Shown here piece by piece: positions 50,996 to 64,000 of a DNA stretch of 64,000 nucleotides (positions within the stretch are counted from its first letter, which is position 1; each line of letters opens with the position of its first letter). The notes below the pieces were generated by a model. That model saw only the letters and a list, made by a program, of their open reading frames with translations, searched no databases and was not told the DNA's origin. The DNA comes from Podarcis cretensis. Lineage: Eukaryota. The translations under genes were made by a program, and so were the position numbers. The DNA is taken from contig OX638150.1 of NCBI GenBank assembly GCA_951804945.1, forward strand, positions 43,400,001-43,464,000, given 5' to 3'.

Positions 50996-51513
50996 GTATG
51001 TGGAAAGATGCATCCTTCCATGATGTTCCTGGTTGGGTCACAGGGGGTCACCAGTTTTATAATGGAAAGAAGACCCCTGTGTTTGCTATCCTTTTGGGAA
51101 AGGAATGGAGGGTGGCAATCATATTCATACCCACTTAATTTGCTGTTGGCCCCCTCTTCTCAAATGTCAAATTATAACTTTGTGGAGGAATGAGAGAGTT
51201 TATCAGGACTCATACACTGATATAAAAGAGGAATTTTGTTCATTTGTGCATCTCAAGGACATAGCAAGGGTCAGTAAGATTCTTTGCTCTTTGTACTCAT
51301 CAGGCAGTAGACTGGTCAGCTATAGCTCTGGCACCTTTTGTGTCATATTGCTAAACTGTGCTTCATACAGAGAAAGGTGGTGAAGCTGTGTTGTCCCCCA
51401 GTGTCAGTTTTTATTGAGCCTTGGTATGGCAGTTGTGGGTACAATGTAGAGTCAAAGCCAATAAGCTGCTGCCTTTTAAAAATAAATAAATGGATTATTT
51501 CCCTTCCTCTCAG

Positions 51514-51657
51514 GCACGAGAGCTTGAGATTGGTGTGTACTGGCGTGACTACCGCAGTCTCTGTGCCCTGAAATACCTGAAGCTGGAGGATTTCCTTGAC
51601 AACCAGCGCCATGAAATCCACCTGGAGTTGGAGCCACAGGGCATTCTCTTGGCAGAG
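51514..51657 (+). CDS. PKN1: PKN1 exon 9 (C2-like)
   Basis: tctcag|GCA...GAG|gtaata; [34 protein letters not shown]...LLAE; 144 nt. Confidence 0.95.
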
Positions 51658-53077
51658 GTAATAAAAAAGAGCCAAACTGGGCAGAACTGGGATATGAACA
51701 TCTAGAGATCCAGCTAGTCAGATTTCTTAGCAGAATACTCTTAGATAAGATGGGAAATGCCAAAATACAAGAGTTATCTGATAATAGCAGAAGAAGTACA
51801 ACCCCATTTTTGCTACCATTTTTGTGAATTTTAAGAAAGTCCTCAAAACAATTCCTATTATTATTATTCCTTCTACAGAGGCTAAGCACTTGCCCAGTGT
51901 ACTGTTAACATGCAGCCCTTTGTAAAAGTGGAAGTTTCCTATAAGCAGCAATACATTCTCCCTGTATTGGCAGAAATAACCCATGCTTTGTTAATTTCTG
52001 TTTTTTATTTATTTAGGGTTGAAATATATTCTGGGAATTTTCCCCCAGAATATTCTTCCAGAATATTATTCTCAAGTGAACATGGGTGTCACTGTTTCAC
52101 TTTGCTGGATTGCAACCAGCACAGGTGTTGCACTGAATTTTTAAAATTGTCTACAAAATTCCAAAGCAGACTCTTTAAGTTGCCTGTGGGTTTTAATGTT
52201 GTGTCCCCCCCCCATCTAAAAAGTGCTTTGATATTAGGAAAATGCAGTTTACCTACAACAAAAGCACCACTTTGAGAAAATACATTTAGCATGTGTACGG
52301 TTACTGTGAACATGCACAAAGAAATCCACCTGGAAAGGCTTTGTTCTTTTTCTGAAGCATTGCATCTCATTTGGATGCTAAAATATGGAATATTCGTTAC
52401 AGGGACAATCAACAGACTGCTATCTCTTTCAGTGCCAGTTCAATTCCTGTGGGATCGTTTCCTCCCACAAAGATTTCATGTTGAGAAAAAGAATTCAAAA
52501 CACCCCCAGCTTCTGCTTTGTCTCATTTTGACAGGATGAAAGAATGATCTCCAAACCATTTATTCCAGCCTGGAAACAGTGTTGGTGAACCCTGAATTAG
52601 CATGGAGTTAGCGAGGAAATAGATGTTGCCTCTCTATAGGTTTTCGGTTCACTGCCAAAACGCTTTTTATTTCAGCGAGCTGTCAGTGTGGTTTAATGCT
52701 TTTAGCTCTTTGCTTTTAAACTTGTTTTGACCTGCTCTTAATTATATGGTGCTGTTCTTCATAATCATCAGATTGTCTCCATTGTATTTGTTTTGATACG
52801 TTATTAGTAACTTTGCGAGCCACTTTGAATTTATTTGTAAAGAAAATCAGGGTAGAAATTTCCAAATAAAATGAATGTTGTAGGGATCTAAGACCTTACA
52901 CTCTTACACTGGTGCTTATGGAGCTCTGATTTTCTGACAGTGCTTGGCTGTCCCTGTTTTCATCCTCATGACAGGGCTGGGCAGTGGGGAAAGATTTAAG
53001 TTTCTCTATCCAGCACTGTGATGGGAAAGAAGCTGAGGCTGGTGACAAGACTCTTGGGCTGGGGTATTGTTTAGGAT

Positions 53078-53266
53078 CAGAGCTTTCCAAACTGTGTATC
53101 GCAACATGTTAATATTTCGGCTGCAGTCAGTGTGCCACATGAATGCTCCCCACGCCCCTCCTGGGGCTGGAAATGGGTTTGTTTAACCTTTGGCTTGCTA
53201 GTAAAACCGAATTACTGTGTCACGAAATGATGCATATCACTGATATGGAAAGTTTGGAAAGCTCTG
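53078..53266. mobile_element. hAT-type MITE
   Basis: Perfect 16-bp TIR CAGAGCTTTCCAAACT/AGTTTGGAAAGCTCTG; flanks GTTTAGGAT/GTTTAGAT. Confidence 0.8.
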
Positions 53267-53839
53267 GTTTAGATGGTTTTGTGTTATTGATAATAATTTT
53301 TCATATATTTTTAGATCTTACTATGATATATGTGGAAATGGTTCAGTTTGGTTGTGTACTTCCTGATGAGTTTTATATATTGCTTAGGACTACTTTTGTT
53401 ATGTTTGTAATTCTGCAAATGTTTTCATGTTGTAAGCCACTTTGAGCATGGTTTTTACTATGTAAAGGTGGCATACAAATAAAATGGTGATGGTGATGAT
53501 GATGATGATTTGCACGGATCACCTGATGGGAGTGTGCATGCCTCTATCCGCCTGCATGTATGTGGTGTACATGTGTGTGTTCAGGAGTGTGGGAAGGCCA
53601 CACCCAGCACTGGCCTAGCAGCCCCTGGAGTGGTTGCCCTGGGGCTGAGAAAGACTAAGTCCCTCCCTCCTGCTCCAAGGTGGAGACGTCTTCTATCCCA
53701 TTCTATGTGGGTGTGCTTTATAACCTACCCTAACAGCCTCAGCCTTGAGGCTCTTTTTGCAGTAGTGTTCATAGCAGAAATTATCGCCTAGTGTGCAAGC
53801 TCACCCTTGACTAGCTTATGTCATTTTCCCCTGCTGCAG

Positions 53840-53915
53840 GTTACCTTTTTCAACCCTGTCATTGAGCGCATACCCAAGCTCCAGCGGCAAAAGAAGATCT
53901 TCTCCAAGCAGCAAG
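53840..53915 (+). CDS. PKN1: PKN1 exon 10
   Basis: ctgcag|GTT...CAAG|gtaagg; [25 protein letters not shown]; 76 nt. Confidence 0.95.
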
Positions 53916-54710
53916 GTAAGGGCTGGGTGAAAACGCCTAAAGGGCAGGCAGCATCTTCGCCACCCTAGCCTTGCCTGGTTTTCTCAGGTGCTTTCTTAAC
54001 ACACATTGTAGAAGGATTGATTGAATCACGCATCCTTCTGCCAACAGCTCAGCTCACAGGTAGCCACCGTTGTGCCCTCCAGGTGAATGATGGGAGTTGT
54101 AGTCCAGCAGCAGCACATTGGGTAACCCTGGGTTAGTTGGGAGAAGAAAACAAGCTGTGTTGCTGACTATGTACAATGGTATCCCCCTAAGGAGTCCTAT
54201 CAGCATAAGCCTTGTGTGAGGGCATCCACAACGTGGTCTTCCCCTCCTATCCTCCCCTGGCACCCCCTGAAATTGACTTGTGGGGTTTCTCGGTGCATGG
54301 GGGAAGGAGGAGAGGGAGATCATTCTGACTGGCAAGCTGCAGTGTTTGCACTGGCAGGATGTGCACCATGGTGCAACATTGAACTCCACCCACAGTGTCA
54401 TAATTTAGTGACAGGTAGGTGCAATCAGAGTTCCTTGTGGGGTATTGTCAGGGGTGGAAGTTCGATATGACATTTAAGAAGGAATGTGCACGTTGCTCTT
54501 ACTGGCACTTGGAAATGGGGATGAGTCTAGTCAAAAATCCTTCAACACTTCAGGAAAAAACTCCCTTGCACAACTAGGTCAGGAAAGGGTTGGAACCCCC
54601 ATCCTGGTAGCATTATGTCCACTTACATGTATGTGGTCTCAATGAGGGGTGGTCTTCCTTCTTCATGGGTACAGGCACTACAGGGAAAGAGAATGATACT
54701 GGTAACACTT

Positions 54711-54713
<3 letters not shown>

Positions 54714-54752
<39 letters not shown>
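54714..54752. repeat. (GT)n microsatellite
   Basis: Direct reading. Confidence 0.95.
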
Positions 54753-54756
<4 letters not shown>

Positions 54757-55454
54757 GTATAGTTCAAGGGTTAAAAGCACTTCACTGCAATATCTTAGTA
54801 ATACTTACAACAGACGCGTAAGAGAGGACAGTGGCACTCTTGTATGGCATAGGGCTGGAGATGAGAGGATAGTGGCTTTCTTAAGGCCGTATAATAAGCT
54901 TGCAGCTAACGTGAGATTTGAACCAGATATGTCGCTGCTCACTTTCAGGCTGTAGGCTACACCAGCTCTCAAAACAGCTGTGTTATCACATGGAGGGTTT
55001 GGTCCTTGCATGAATACCTGTCTTTATGTACATATAAAATATGCTTAGATTTGGAAGGTATTAACCACAGGTCTTTCGGGAGAGAGAAGCGTTTCATGAC
55101 TACATTGTTAGAATCATAGAGTTGGAAGAGACCACAAGGGCCATGGAGTCCAATTGTTAAAGTACTTGCATTAATGAAGACAGGTCTGAGGACCCACCTT
55201 CACTATAAAATGAAGTATTTTGTACATTTCAGTCGTCGTCACTAATTGCTTGTGACTAATGATTCTTGACTTAATGCTATTTATTTATAAAAAATTCTTT
55301 TCCCACCTTTCACCATGTGATTCCAGAGCTGGTTACAACAAGATGATACACAATTATAAAGACAAATAAAACTGTTGAGGGTCATATAAAACAAGTAAAG
55401 TCATTCCAAATGGCTAGAACCTGGGGCCACCCAGAGAATCTGATTGATTCAGAA

Positions 55455-56110
55455 GAGAACAGATTTCTTCATTATACATTGTTAACCTGTGGAATGCACT
55501 TCCTTAGGATATGGTGGTTGCTTTGAAAGGGAATTAGCCTTGTCCTCAGTTTGTTTGGCAGTCAGCTGCTACTAGGTAAGGGACCCCTGACCATTAGGTC
55601 CAGTTGTGGCCAACTCTGGGGTTGCGGCGCTCATCTCGCTTTATTGGCCAAGGGAGCCGGCGTACGGCTTCCAGGTCATGTGGCCTGCATGACTGAACCG
55701 CTTCTGGCGAACCAGAGCAGCGCACGGAAACGCTGTTTACCTTCCTGCCAAAGCGGTAACTATTTATCTACTTGCACTTTGATGTGCTTTTGAACTGCTA
55801 GGTTGGCAGGAGGAGGGACCGAGCAATGGGAGCTCACCCCGTTGCAGAGATTCGAACCGCCAACCTTCTGATCGGCAAGTCCTAGGCTCTGTGGTTTAAC
55901 CCACAGCGCCACCCACATCCCCAGCCGCTACTAGATGATGCCTTATATGCTGCCCCCAGGTTCAGAGCCAGAGCCAGAGCCAGAATGTCAGTTGTGAAAA
56001 CAGCAGTGGAAGAAGGCGATTGTCCTCATGCGCTGCATATGGGCTTCCCTGGGGTTGTCTGGTTGGGCCGTGTTGGAAACAGAATGCTTGCTTTGATCCA
56101 GCAGCACTCT
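55455..56110 (+). mobile_element. old CR1 3' remnant split by a Sauria SINE
   Basis: IVNLWNALP-type ORF2 end, then CR1 3'-UTR-like sequence continuing after the SINE. Confidence 0.5.
55576..55921 (-). mobile_element. Sauria SINE, full length
   Basis: Reverse complement of the 6812-7559 family; 13-bp TSD CAGCTGCTACTAG/CAGCCGCTACTAG. Confidence 0.88.
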
Positions 56111-56141
56111 CAGGGTTTATGGTCTGACATTTCTCCCCAAG

Positions 56142-56304
56142 GGAAAGCTTTCCTGCGTGCCCGCCAGATGAACATTGACATTGCCACTTGGGTGCGACTC
56201 CTGCGGCGCATCATCCCCACGGCCAACACCACAGGCACTTATAGCCCTTCGACGCAGATGACTCCAACATCTGGCTCCGAAAGCAGGCATAGCCTCAACT
56301 CTGG
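56142..56304 (+). CDS. PKN1: PKN1 exon 11
   Basis: ccccaag|GG...TGG|gtaggt; [25 protein letters not shown]; 163 nt; AAG acceptor. Confidence 0.92.
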
Positions 56305-56409
56305 GTAGGTGCCCACTAGACTGGGTGGGTAAGCAGCCTGTGCAACAGGGAAACACAAGTTCTTTTATATTGTGGCTCCCTTTTTTTTCTTTTGTTGCTA
56401 GGGTCAAGG

Positions 56410-56547
56410 CAGGCATAGGTAAACTCCGGCCCTCTAGATGTTTTGGAACTACAATTCCCATCATCCCTAGCTAACAGGACCAGCGGCCAGGGATGATGGG
56501 AATTGTAGTCACAAAACATCTGGAGGGCCGGAGTTTGCCTATTCCTG
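56410..56547. mobile_element. palindromic hAT-type MITE
   Basis: Fold-back AAACTCCGGCCCTC...GAGGGCCGGAGTTT; 8-bp TSD GGTCAAGG/GGTTAAGG. Confidence 0.82.
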
Positions 56548-56988
56548 GGTTAAGGAAAGAAGGGCATTTGAGGGGAACGATACATTTGAAGGGGCAATGT
56601 TGAGGTACCCTATTCTTGGTTGGGCACTAGGGTACCACCAGGTGGGTGTTGTCTAGCATTATAAGAATATCACGATTGCACTTGCTATCATTTGTGGCTG
56701 TGCCATAGCCATGCAGGTTTCTAGACCCATTGACAACTTCCTTCCAGGGCCCAGTTCACAAAGCAATCAGAGCTCCCCCCCCCTATAAGCACTTGCCTTT
56801 CTCCAAGAGTCAGAGATGTTCTCCTGCAGGTCTAGCTCTTGCCTAGGTTACCTAGAGTGCTGTCAGTGTGATGCTGAGGCCTGGAGGCAGTGATCTGGGT
56901 GCTGCTTGCCTCCATTTCTTACTCAACTGCAACCCCATGATATTATTGCCTGGGATTCTCCAGAATGGCATTTTCTCCTTTTCTCCAG

Positions 56989-57085
56989 GGACATTGCCAT
57001 TGAGAAGCTGAGCTTGGATGGGGACAGAATTCAAATCGAGCAGGTGGGCCAGGATGACAGTGAGCTTCCTGGGAAGGTCTTGTTG
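56989..57085 (+). CDS. PKN1: PKN1 exon 12 (linker)
   Basis: ctccag|G...TTG|gtaagt; DIAIEKLSLD (cf. human DISVEKLNL); 97 nt, phase 2/0. Confidence 0.88.
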
Positions 57086-57229
57086 GTAAGTGGTTGTGTT
57101 CATCCCCTTCTTTCATCTGTCTGCCCAGAAGTTGCTCCCTTGTCTGCTCCTCTGTCATGAACAGCAGTGAGTTGCCTTAATCTGCCATTTGCAGATGCCT
57201 CTAATTTGTTTGTGTACTTGTCTCTTCAG

Positions 57230-57315
57230 ACCTCACAAGTTGGGGAGGAGATTCCATTCCAGGTGGAGCTGGGCCCAGGAGGGGAGGCAAGAGGATCTGA
57301 TGGTACTTTTCACAG
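57230..57315 (+). CDS. PKN1: PKN1 exon 13 (divergent linker)
   Basis: cttcag|ACC...CAG|gtaggg; TSQVGEEIPFQVELGPGGEARGSDGTFH; 86 nt, supplies the phase 0-to-2 change needed between exons 12 and 14. Confidence 0.8.
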
Positions 57316-57740
57316 GTAGGGGACAATCATTATTCCCCCTCCCACTCCACATGCACCCCCTATATGCAGATCCTTGCTCACCTTCTATGTCATATACACA
57401 CTACAATTGCACCCCACCTCCTTACCGTGTTCTAACCCTGCCTCCTAAAGTGGCTAACCTCAGTCTATACTGCAATGAAAGCTTAGTTGTGGCTCGTCCC
57501 TTGCACAGGTTCCAACATTTCTTGACCTCTTATTTCCAGCAGTTACTTCGGTTTGGGAGATAGCAAACATAATATATTGTTTTCTGGGGTGCTTGCCTGG
57601 AATGTGCACATGCAGATTTCACAAACCACTGAAGTTTTAAGTGTAACACCATTGATAACGCATGTCTTGCTTCCCTACCACCTTTCACAGTGCCCAAACT
57701 GTGGTGTTCCCTGTTGCAGAAACAGGGGGTTCTCACATGA

Positions 57741-57980
<240 letters not shown>

Positions 57981-58213
57981 TAGCTATCTTATATTCCTCC
58001 AAGAGGTGCATCTGCTCTCCCCCCCCCCCCCCAATCCTGACAGGCATAAGGCCATCTGCTAGCGGGTGACTAGGGTCTGGAACCCTGGCTCCTCACTTCT
58101 TCTGCTTGAACCTCTCCTGATGTCCTAGTTTGCCTCTTCAGTGTCAGAGAAATGTTAGGTGCTGGTTTAGTCACTGATCTGTGCTGCCTTTCTTGTGTTC
58201 GCCTTGGGCATAG

Positions 58214-58306
<93 letters not shown>

Positions 58307-58928
58307 TGAGTCTGTTCCAGCAGCCAAGGAAAGGCATGGTGCCAGGAGGACTGGAGGGCATCTCTGGGGCATTTTTAATATGATTTTGGCGTCATAATAG
58401 TGCTAGTTTGGGATAAGACCTGAGTCTCCATCCCCATACTAGGCTCTGTTGCCTTGGCAGAAAGATTATGTGTGTATGCAAGAGAAATGGTATTTGTATG
58501 CAGGAGCTGAAAAAGCATGTTACATCTCATGAGGAGCCATGGGCTCATGCAACTCCAGAGGTCCCCCAAAGGGGAGGAGGGAGCAGTTCTAGCCAGTTAA
58601 ATGCCATTACTCCAAAGTTGCTGTAACCTCCCGTGCTGTGTCTGTCTCTTTGATCACTCCCATGGGAATACTTTATCCCACATGTGCCTGCCTCAAGTAG
58701 CATCAAGGCTCCCCACACCCCACTATACATAAGGGTAAAATGCATGTATTCATTGAATTGTGTGGGAGTGGGAGCTGGGAGGGAGGCAGTTCCGATGTGG
58801 TAGATCTCTGCCTTCACAGCTCTGTGTCTTCTCAGTGAGACATCCATGCATGCATGTGGATGCACACACACACACAAGCAGTGACAAATGCACAAATTGC
58901 AGCTGTGAAGGCAACAGCCTGTTTTTAG

Positions 58929-59174
<246 letters not shown>

Positions 59175-59412
59175 TGAGTTATGGGTCAGGGAGAGGGAGC
59201 CACAGGGCAGACAGTGGAAAGGGGCTAGAGGCGCCTGAAAGCATCTTGCCCATTGCTGTTTTGGGGTCACTTGCTCTCTTGCCAACACACTGAGAGCCGA
59301 TTAGGCAGGGATGCAGTGGGTGGCGAGTCTGGCTTTCCAGCCCTATTTACTTTGCCTGTTACTGCACACTTCTCTTCTTGAAGCCTTCATGCAGTTAGTT
59401 AGTCATTGCTGA

Positions 59413-59526
<114 letters not shown>

Positions 59527-59762
59527 TAGGTAACGCCATGAGGGCCACCATCCTGGTAAATTCCTCCCCTCCCAGAGTCTCTTCTACACTCTTCCGTGTT
59601 GTCTTTTTGCTCTGTGCTGCTTGATATGTGTTATAGCGTAGCAGGGTGTTGTTCATCTGCCTATGCACAGTGGGATAATCGTGGTGTCTCCTGCCAAACA
59701 AAGAGCTGTGGAATACGATACAGGATTCCTGTGTTACAGTGTAACTTCAGTTAACCCTGTAG

Positions 59763-59930
<168 letters not shown>

Positions 59931-60509
59931 TGAGATGGATACCTCCACGGTAGGCATAGGATCCTCTAAACTGGGGGTAGTGAACCCACAGCCTGCAGGC
60001 TGTAAGATATTTTAATGGCCACAGAGACCTTTTTCCACCCCCACCCCCCTGCCCGACATTTGACATATTCAGGATTTTCCAGAATTTGTTAAAGCACTTT
60101 TTTCCAGAATTTTGCAGATTTACCTTGTGGCCTTGCTTGGATGCATAGTTATTGCACTTAATTATTTTTTAAGCCTTTGCAGTCCTTAAACATCACTAAA
60201 ACTCCTTAGACAGAGTGATTCTGCAGCTCTCAGTAACTTTTGTCCCAGGCACTTCCTGTAGCTTCACGCTGACACCTAATGAAGAGATATAATCTCTGCT
60301 ATCGATCTTGAGAGCAGCCAAAGCTTGAAGCTGCAGAATGCATATCTTTTCATTGGTGCCAAGCTGCAGGAAGTGCAGTAGCACTTCTTCCCTCGCCCCT
60401 GCATTTATTCCTCTTTTATAGTATACTGGGGGGGGGGGGAGAGGAGAGATACATTTGTATCTGCCAGCCTGTCCCCCCTTCAACTGAGTGTGTGCGTGCC
60501 TGCTTTGTT

Positions 60510-60541
<32 letters not shown>

Positions 60542-61036
60542 ATGCGTGCGGGCCCCCCCAACTCTGTGTGTGTGCAGGCTGCTTTTCATCTTCTCTCCAC
60601 ACCCCCGGGACTGTATGCACTATGTGCTCCATGGGTGTGCACATGCATCCAAATGTGTGTTCATGCTGGCTTGCAGCCCTTGGCCCTCAACCTGAAAAAC
60701 GTTGACCGCTCCTGCTCTAAATCAAAATGCAAACGAAGTACAGCCTTGTAGAAATGATGCCAGACTAAAACAACTGCCCTGGTAGGCACTAAACTAATCT
60801 ACAATGATCCCCAAAAGACCTGGTTGGTGGGGAGCCTGCAGAGGGGAGGAATGGTCTGTTTTGCTTAAGCTTTCTTAGCCCAGTTCTCCACTGTAATGTG
60901 AAATCCTCCAAATCCTGAAGGAGAATGTGCTTCATCTATCCCTTATTTCGAAAGTCCCCCTCAGATGTTTCCAGATGTTTGTCCCTCCCTGGCAGGCACT
61001 TTGCAGAGGGCTGTCGGTGAGGGAACGTGTTAATAA

Positions 61037-61279
<243 letters not shown>

Positions 61280-61773
61280 TAGGAGTGTGTGTGTGTAGGT
61301 TTGGAGGCAGAGGGGTTGCGCACACACACACAGAGTGAGAGAGAGAGAGAGTGCAGAAGAACTTGGATGTTTTGGGTGACATATGATCATTGGCTCATCT
61401 TGCTCAGTAATTGCTATGGCTGCCCAGGAGTCTCTCCAAGTCCCACCTGACTAGGTCAGGCATTTAAACCATTGCAAAGCAAGATATTCTCCTACTGAAC
61501 TGCAGTCATTCCCAAGGAGGGAAATTAAAGAGGCCTCGTTCTCCACAAGAGCCTAAGAAGAGCAAGGTTGGAAGTTCTGTGGGCTAGAACTGACTTGAGA
61601 AGAGTTGCCTATACAAGGCCATGTGAGCCACCTAGGTGTTTTAGGGGGCATGGGTGGTGGTCCAGCACAGATGAAAGCAAGGATGTCCTGGAGTTCATCC
61701 TAAGGGATGCCCAGAGGAACAGATCATCAATGACGCCCTTCATCTACTGATCCTGCCTCGATTGACTTTGTAG

Positions 61774-61941
<168 letters not shown>

Positions 61942-62155
61942 TAGGGTTGGGGGTGGAGGTGGTTCCTACTTAAGGGAGCATAGGCTGTAGAGAACAAGGG
62001 GAGGGTTTGGGGGCCTTGAGCACAGTGGAGCACCATTCTTTTGCAAATTCCTTCAACCCACCCCAGGCCTGAGTATGGGCCGAGCATGAGTCCAATGGAG
62101 CACACTCTTCTCCGTCACCCCAGGCTTTGGGAGAGACTGTGGAGGGTAGGAATAG

Positions 62156-62365
<210 letters not shown>

Positions 62366-62539
62366 TAATGCTGAGAGAGCCTCTGCCCCAGCTTCTTGGC
62401 ATCTAAAATGCACCCACTGTGGGACTATGCGGCAGCCTAATATTACAGCTGGGATGGTGCTTTTGTGATTACCCCACTTCTTCCAGAGGAGCAACCATGT
62501 TAATCTGTCACAGAAAAAAAAAACAGAAAAAGAGCAAGA

Positions 62540-62695
62540 CTTGTGGGTCCTTTTCTGAAAGGCTCGAGCAAATTTATTGTGGAGTTTTCATGGACCCAGA
62601 GTCTTGTCTCCATGCATCTGATGAAGATCACTCGGGTCCTCAAAAGCTGTGATAAACGTGTTCGTCTGCAAAAGGTGCTGCAGAGCCATCTCTCT
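62540..62695. mobile_element. degenerate Penelope-like remnant
   Basis: CATCTGATGAAG...AAAAGCT...TCGTCTGCAAAAGGTGCTGCA, same architecture as 50562-50647 but eroded. Confidence 0.45.
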
Positions 62696-62984
62696 TTCTC
62701 ATGCGTTTGTGGTGACCTTGTCTTTGTCCCCAAGACTCAAGTCTGGCTCTTGTCATGTTGGAGCTGTAAAGGATTACGGATACATTATCCCATTATGTGA
62801 AACAGTCAAAACACATGCTGTGTAAAAGTAAAACCCTAGCATTGTTAGCTAGCGGTTTTCCTGTATCAAACCTGTACCAGGGAAGAAGCTGCTCTTTTCT
62901 CTGCATGCACAACAGCATTCCCTAGTGGTGTGCAATGGAGCAGCATGGAGCATGCACCATTTGGAAAGAGTGCCCCAGGCCTCA

Positions 62985-63855
62985 TCCACACTGTACATTT
63001 AAAGCAGTATCATACCACTTTTTTTTCTTTACAAGGTTGTTATTGTACTTCACCAGATCTTAACCTATTACAGTATAAGTCTTCAATCCAATCGTAGAAG
63101 GGAGCCGCATTTTTATTTTTCCAGTTCATTAGTATCAGTCTTTTTGCCATGGTAAGGGCACACGGAGTCCATTCATATTGTCCTTTTTTAAGGTTCCATG
63201 TGCTGATCATATAATTCAAAATAATATTTTGTTCTGTAAACGTAAGGCTGTTCTGTACAGTTCTGTTGATGGTTTCAGTTACCTTCTGCCAAAAATATTT
63301 CGATATAGGACACTTGAAAACAATATGTTTTAGAGAAGCATTATCCCTATTACAACTCCAACAGTTAGATACCTTAGATAGCCCTTTTTTAACAAACATA
63401 ATGGGGTCCAGTATATTCTAAATAATATTTTTTGTTGTGTGAGCCTCAATTTAAGGTCCAGAGACACCCTTGTTATAGCACTTAAAACAGTTTTTCACTG
63501 TGTGGTTGAAACTGAGATCTCTCGTTCTATATTCATTCCTCCCTCAATCCCTGTATATCAAATTGGTTTGCTAGTAACAAAGATTTATATATGTTGATGA
63601 CTGGGTTTTGTACCTCTTTAAACAGTCATGGCTCCTCAGGGGAGTCTCTTAAGGGTCCTTAGAGTTGCTAGGAGACCCCTCAAAAGATCCACAGTTTCCA
63701 GAATAGTCCAACAATCAGTCTTTCTTCCCAGTGAACTCTGATAGCTCTGTGAGGGGAACAGGGGTCACCTAACAGCTCTCAGAACCTTTAACAAACTATA
63801 GCTCCCACGATTATTTGGGAATAACCAAAGCAGTATGGTACTGCTTTAAATGTGT
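62985..63855. mobile_element. MITE (TTTAAAGCAGTA termini) split by an L1
   Basis: ACATTTAAAGCAGTATCATAC (left) is the inverse of GTATGGTACTGCTTTAAATGT (right). Confidence 0.6.
63022..63610 (-). mobile_element. 5'-truncated L1-like LINE
   Basis: ORF 63040-63399 with CWSC...HIVFKCP zinc knuckle and AKRLILMNWK; T-rich tail; flanking TACC(A/T)CTTT duplication. Confidence 0.8.
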
Positions 63856-63991
63856 GCTGGTCTATATTGCTGCTCCTATTGCATTGTCCGCTGTATCATT
63901 CCAGTACCATACAGCTTCTCTCACAGCCCTCCATGGGATATTTATCAAAAGTCCCTGATGGTTTTCTCTCTCTCCTCTCTTATCTCCACAG

Positions 63992-64000
63992 AGCATCGAC
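63992..64000 (+). CDS. PKN1: PKN1 exon 22 start (partial, truncated by window)
   Basis: Long polypyrimidine tract then ccacag|AGC ATC GAC (SID), as expected for the AGC tail FFRxIDW. Confidence 0.85.

Overview
Vertebrate genomic DNA, most likely a squamate or lacertid lizard (inferred from Sauria SINEs and the reptile-type CR1/L2/L1/Penelope/MITE landscape). One gene dominates the window: PKN1 (protein kinase N1/PRK1) on the + strand. It has a CpG-island promoter (~9.2-10.7 kb), first coding exon 1a (MANESLQ, 10321-10341), a ~32 kb first intron, and exons 2-21 plus the first 9 nt of exon 22. These splice into one uninterrupted ORF (2664 nt, 888 codons in the window; all introns GT-AG and phase-compatible) encoding three HR1 repeats, a C2-like domain and an intact AGC kinase domain. 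The gene runs off the right edge. Most notable extras: (1) a strong-Kozak uORF encoding a signal-peptide-like MADRRR-L10, in frame with PKN1 and separated from it by a single TAA inside a CTG/CAG hairpin; (2) a probable alternative first coding exon (38159-38203) missed by the ORF track; (3) a minimal hammerhead ribozyme in a Penelope-like remnant in intron 7; (4) two related solo LTRs with target-site duplications, and several nested transposon insertions. I found no prokaryotic-type system, CRISPR array or rRNA/tRNA gene. Family names come from recalled consensus features, not database searches.
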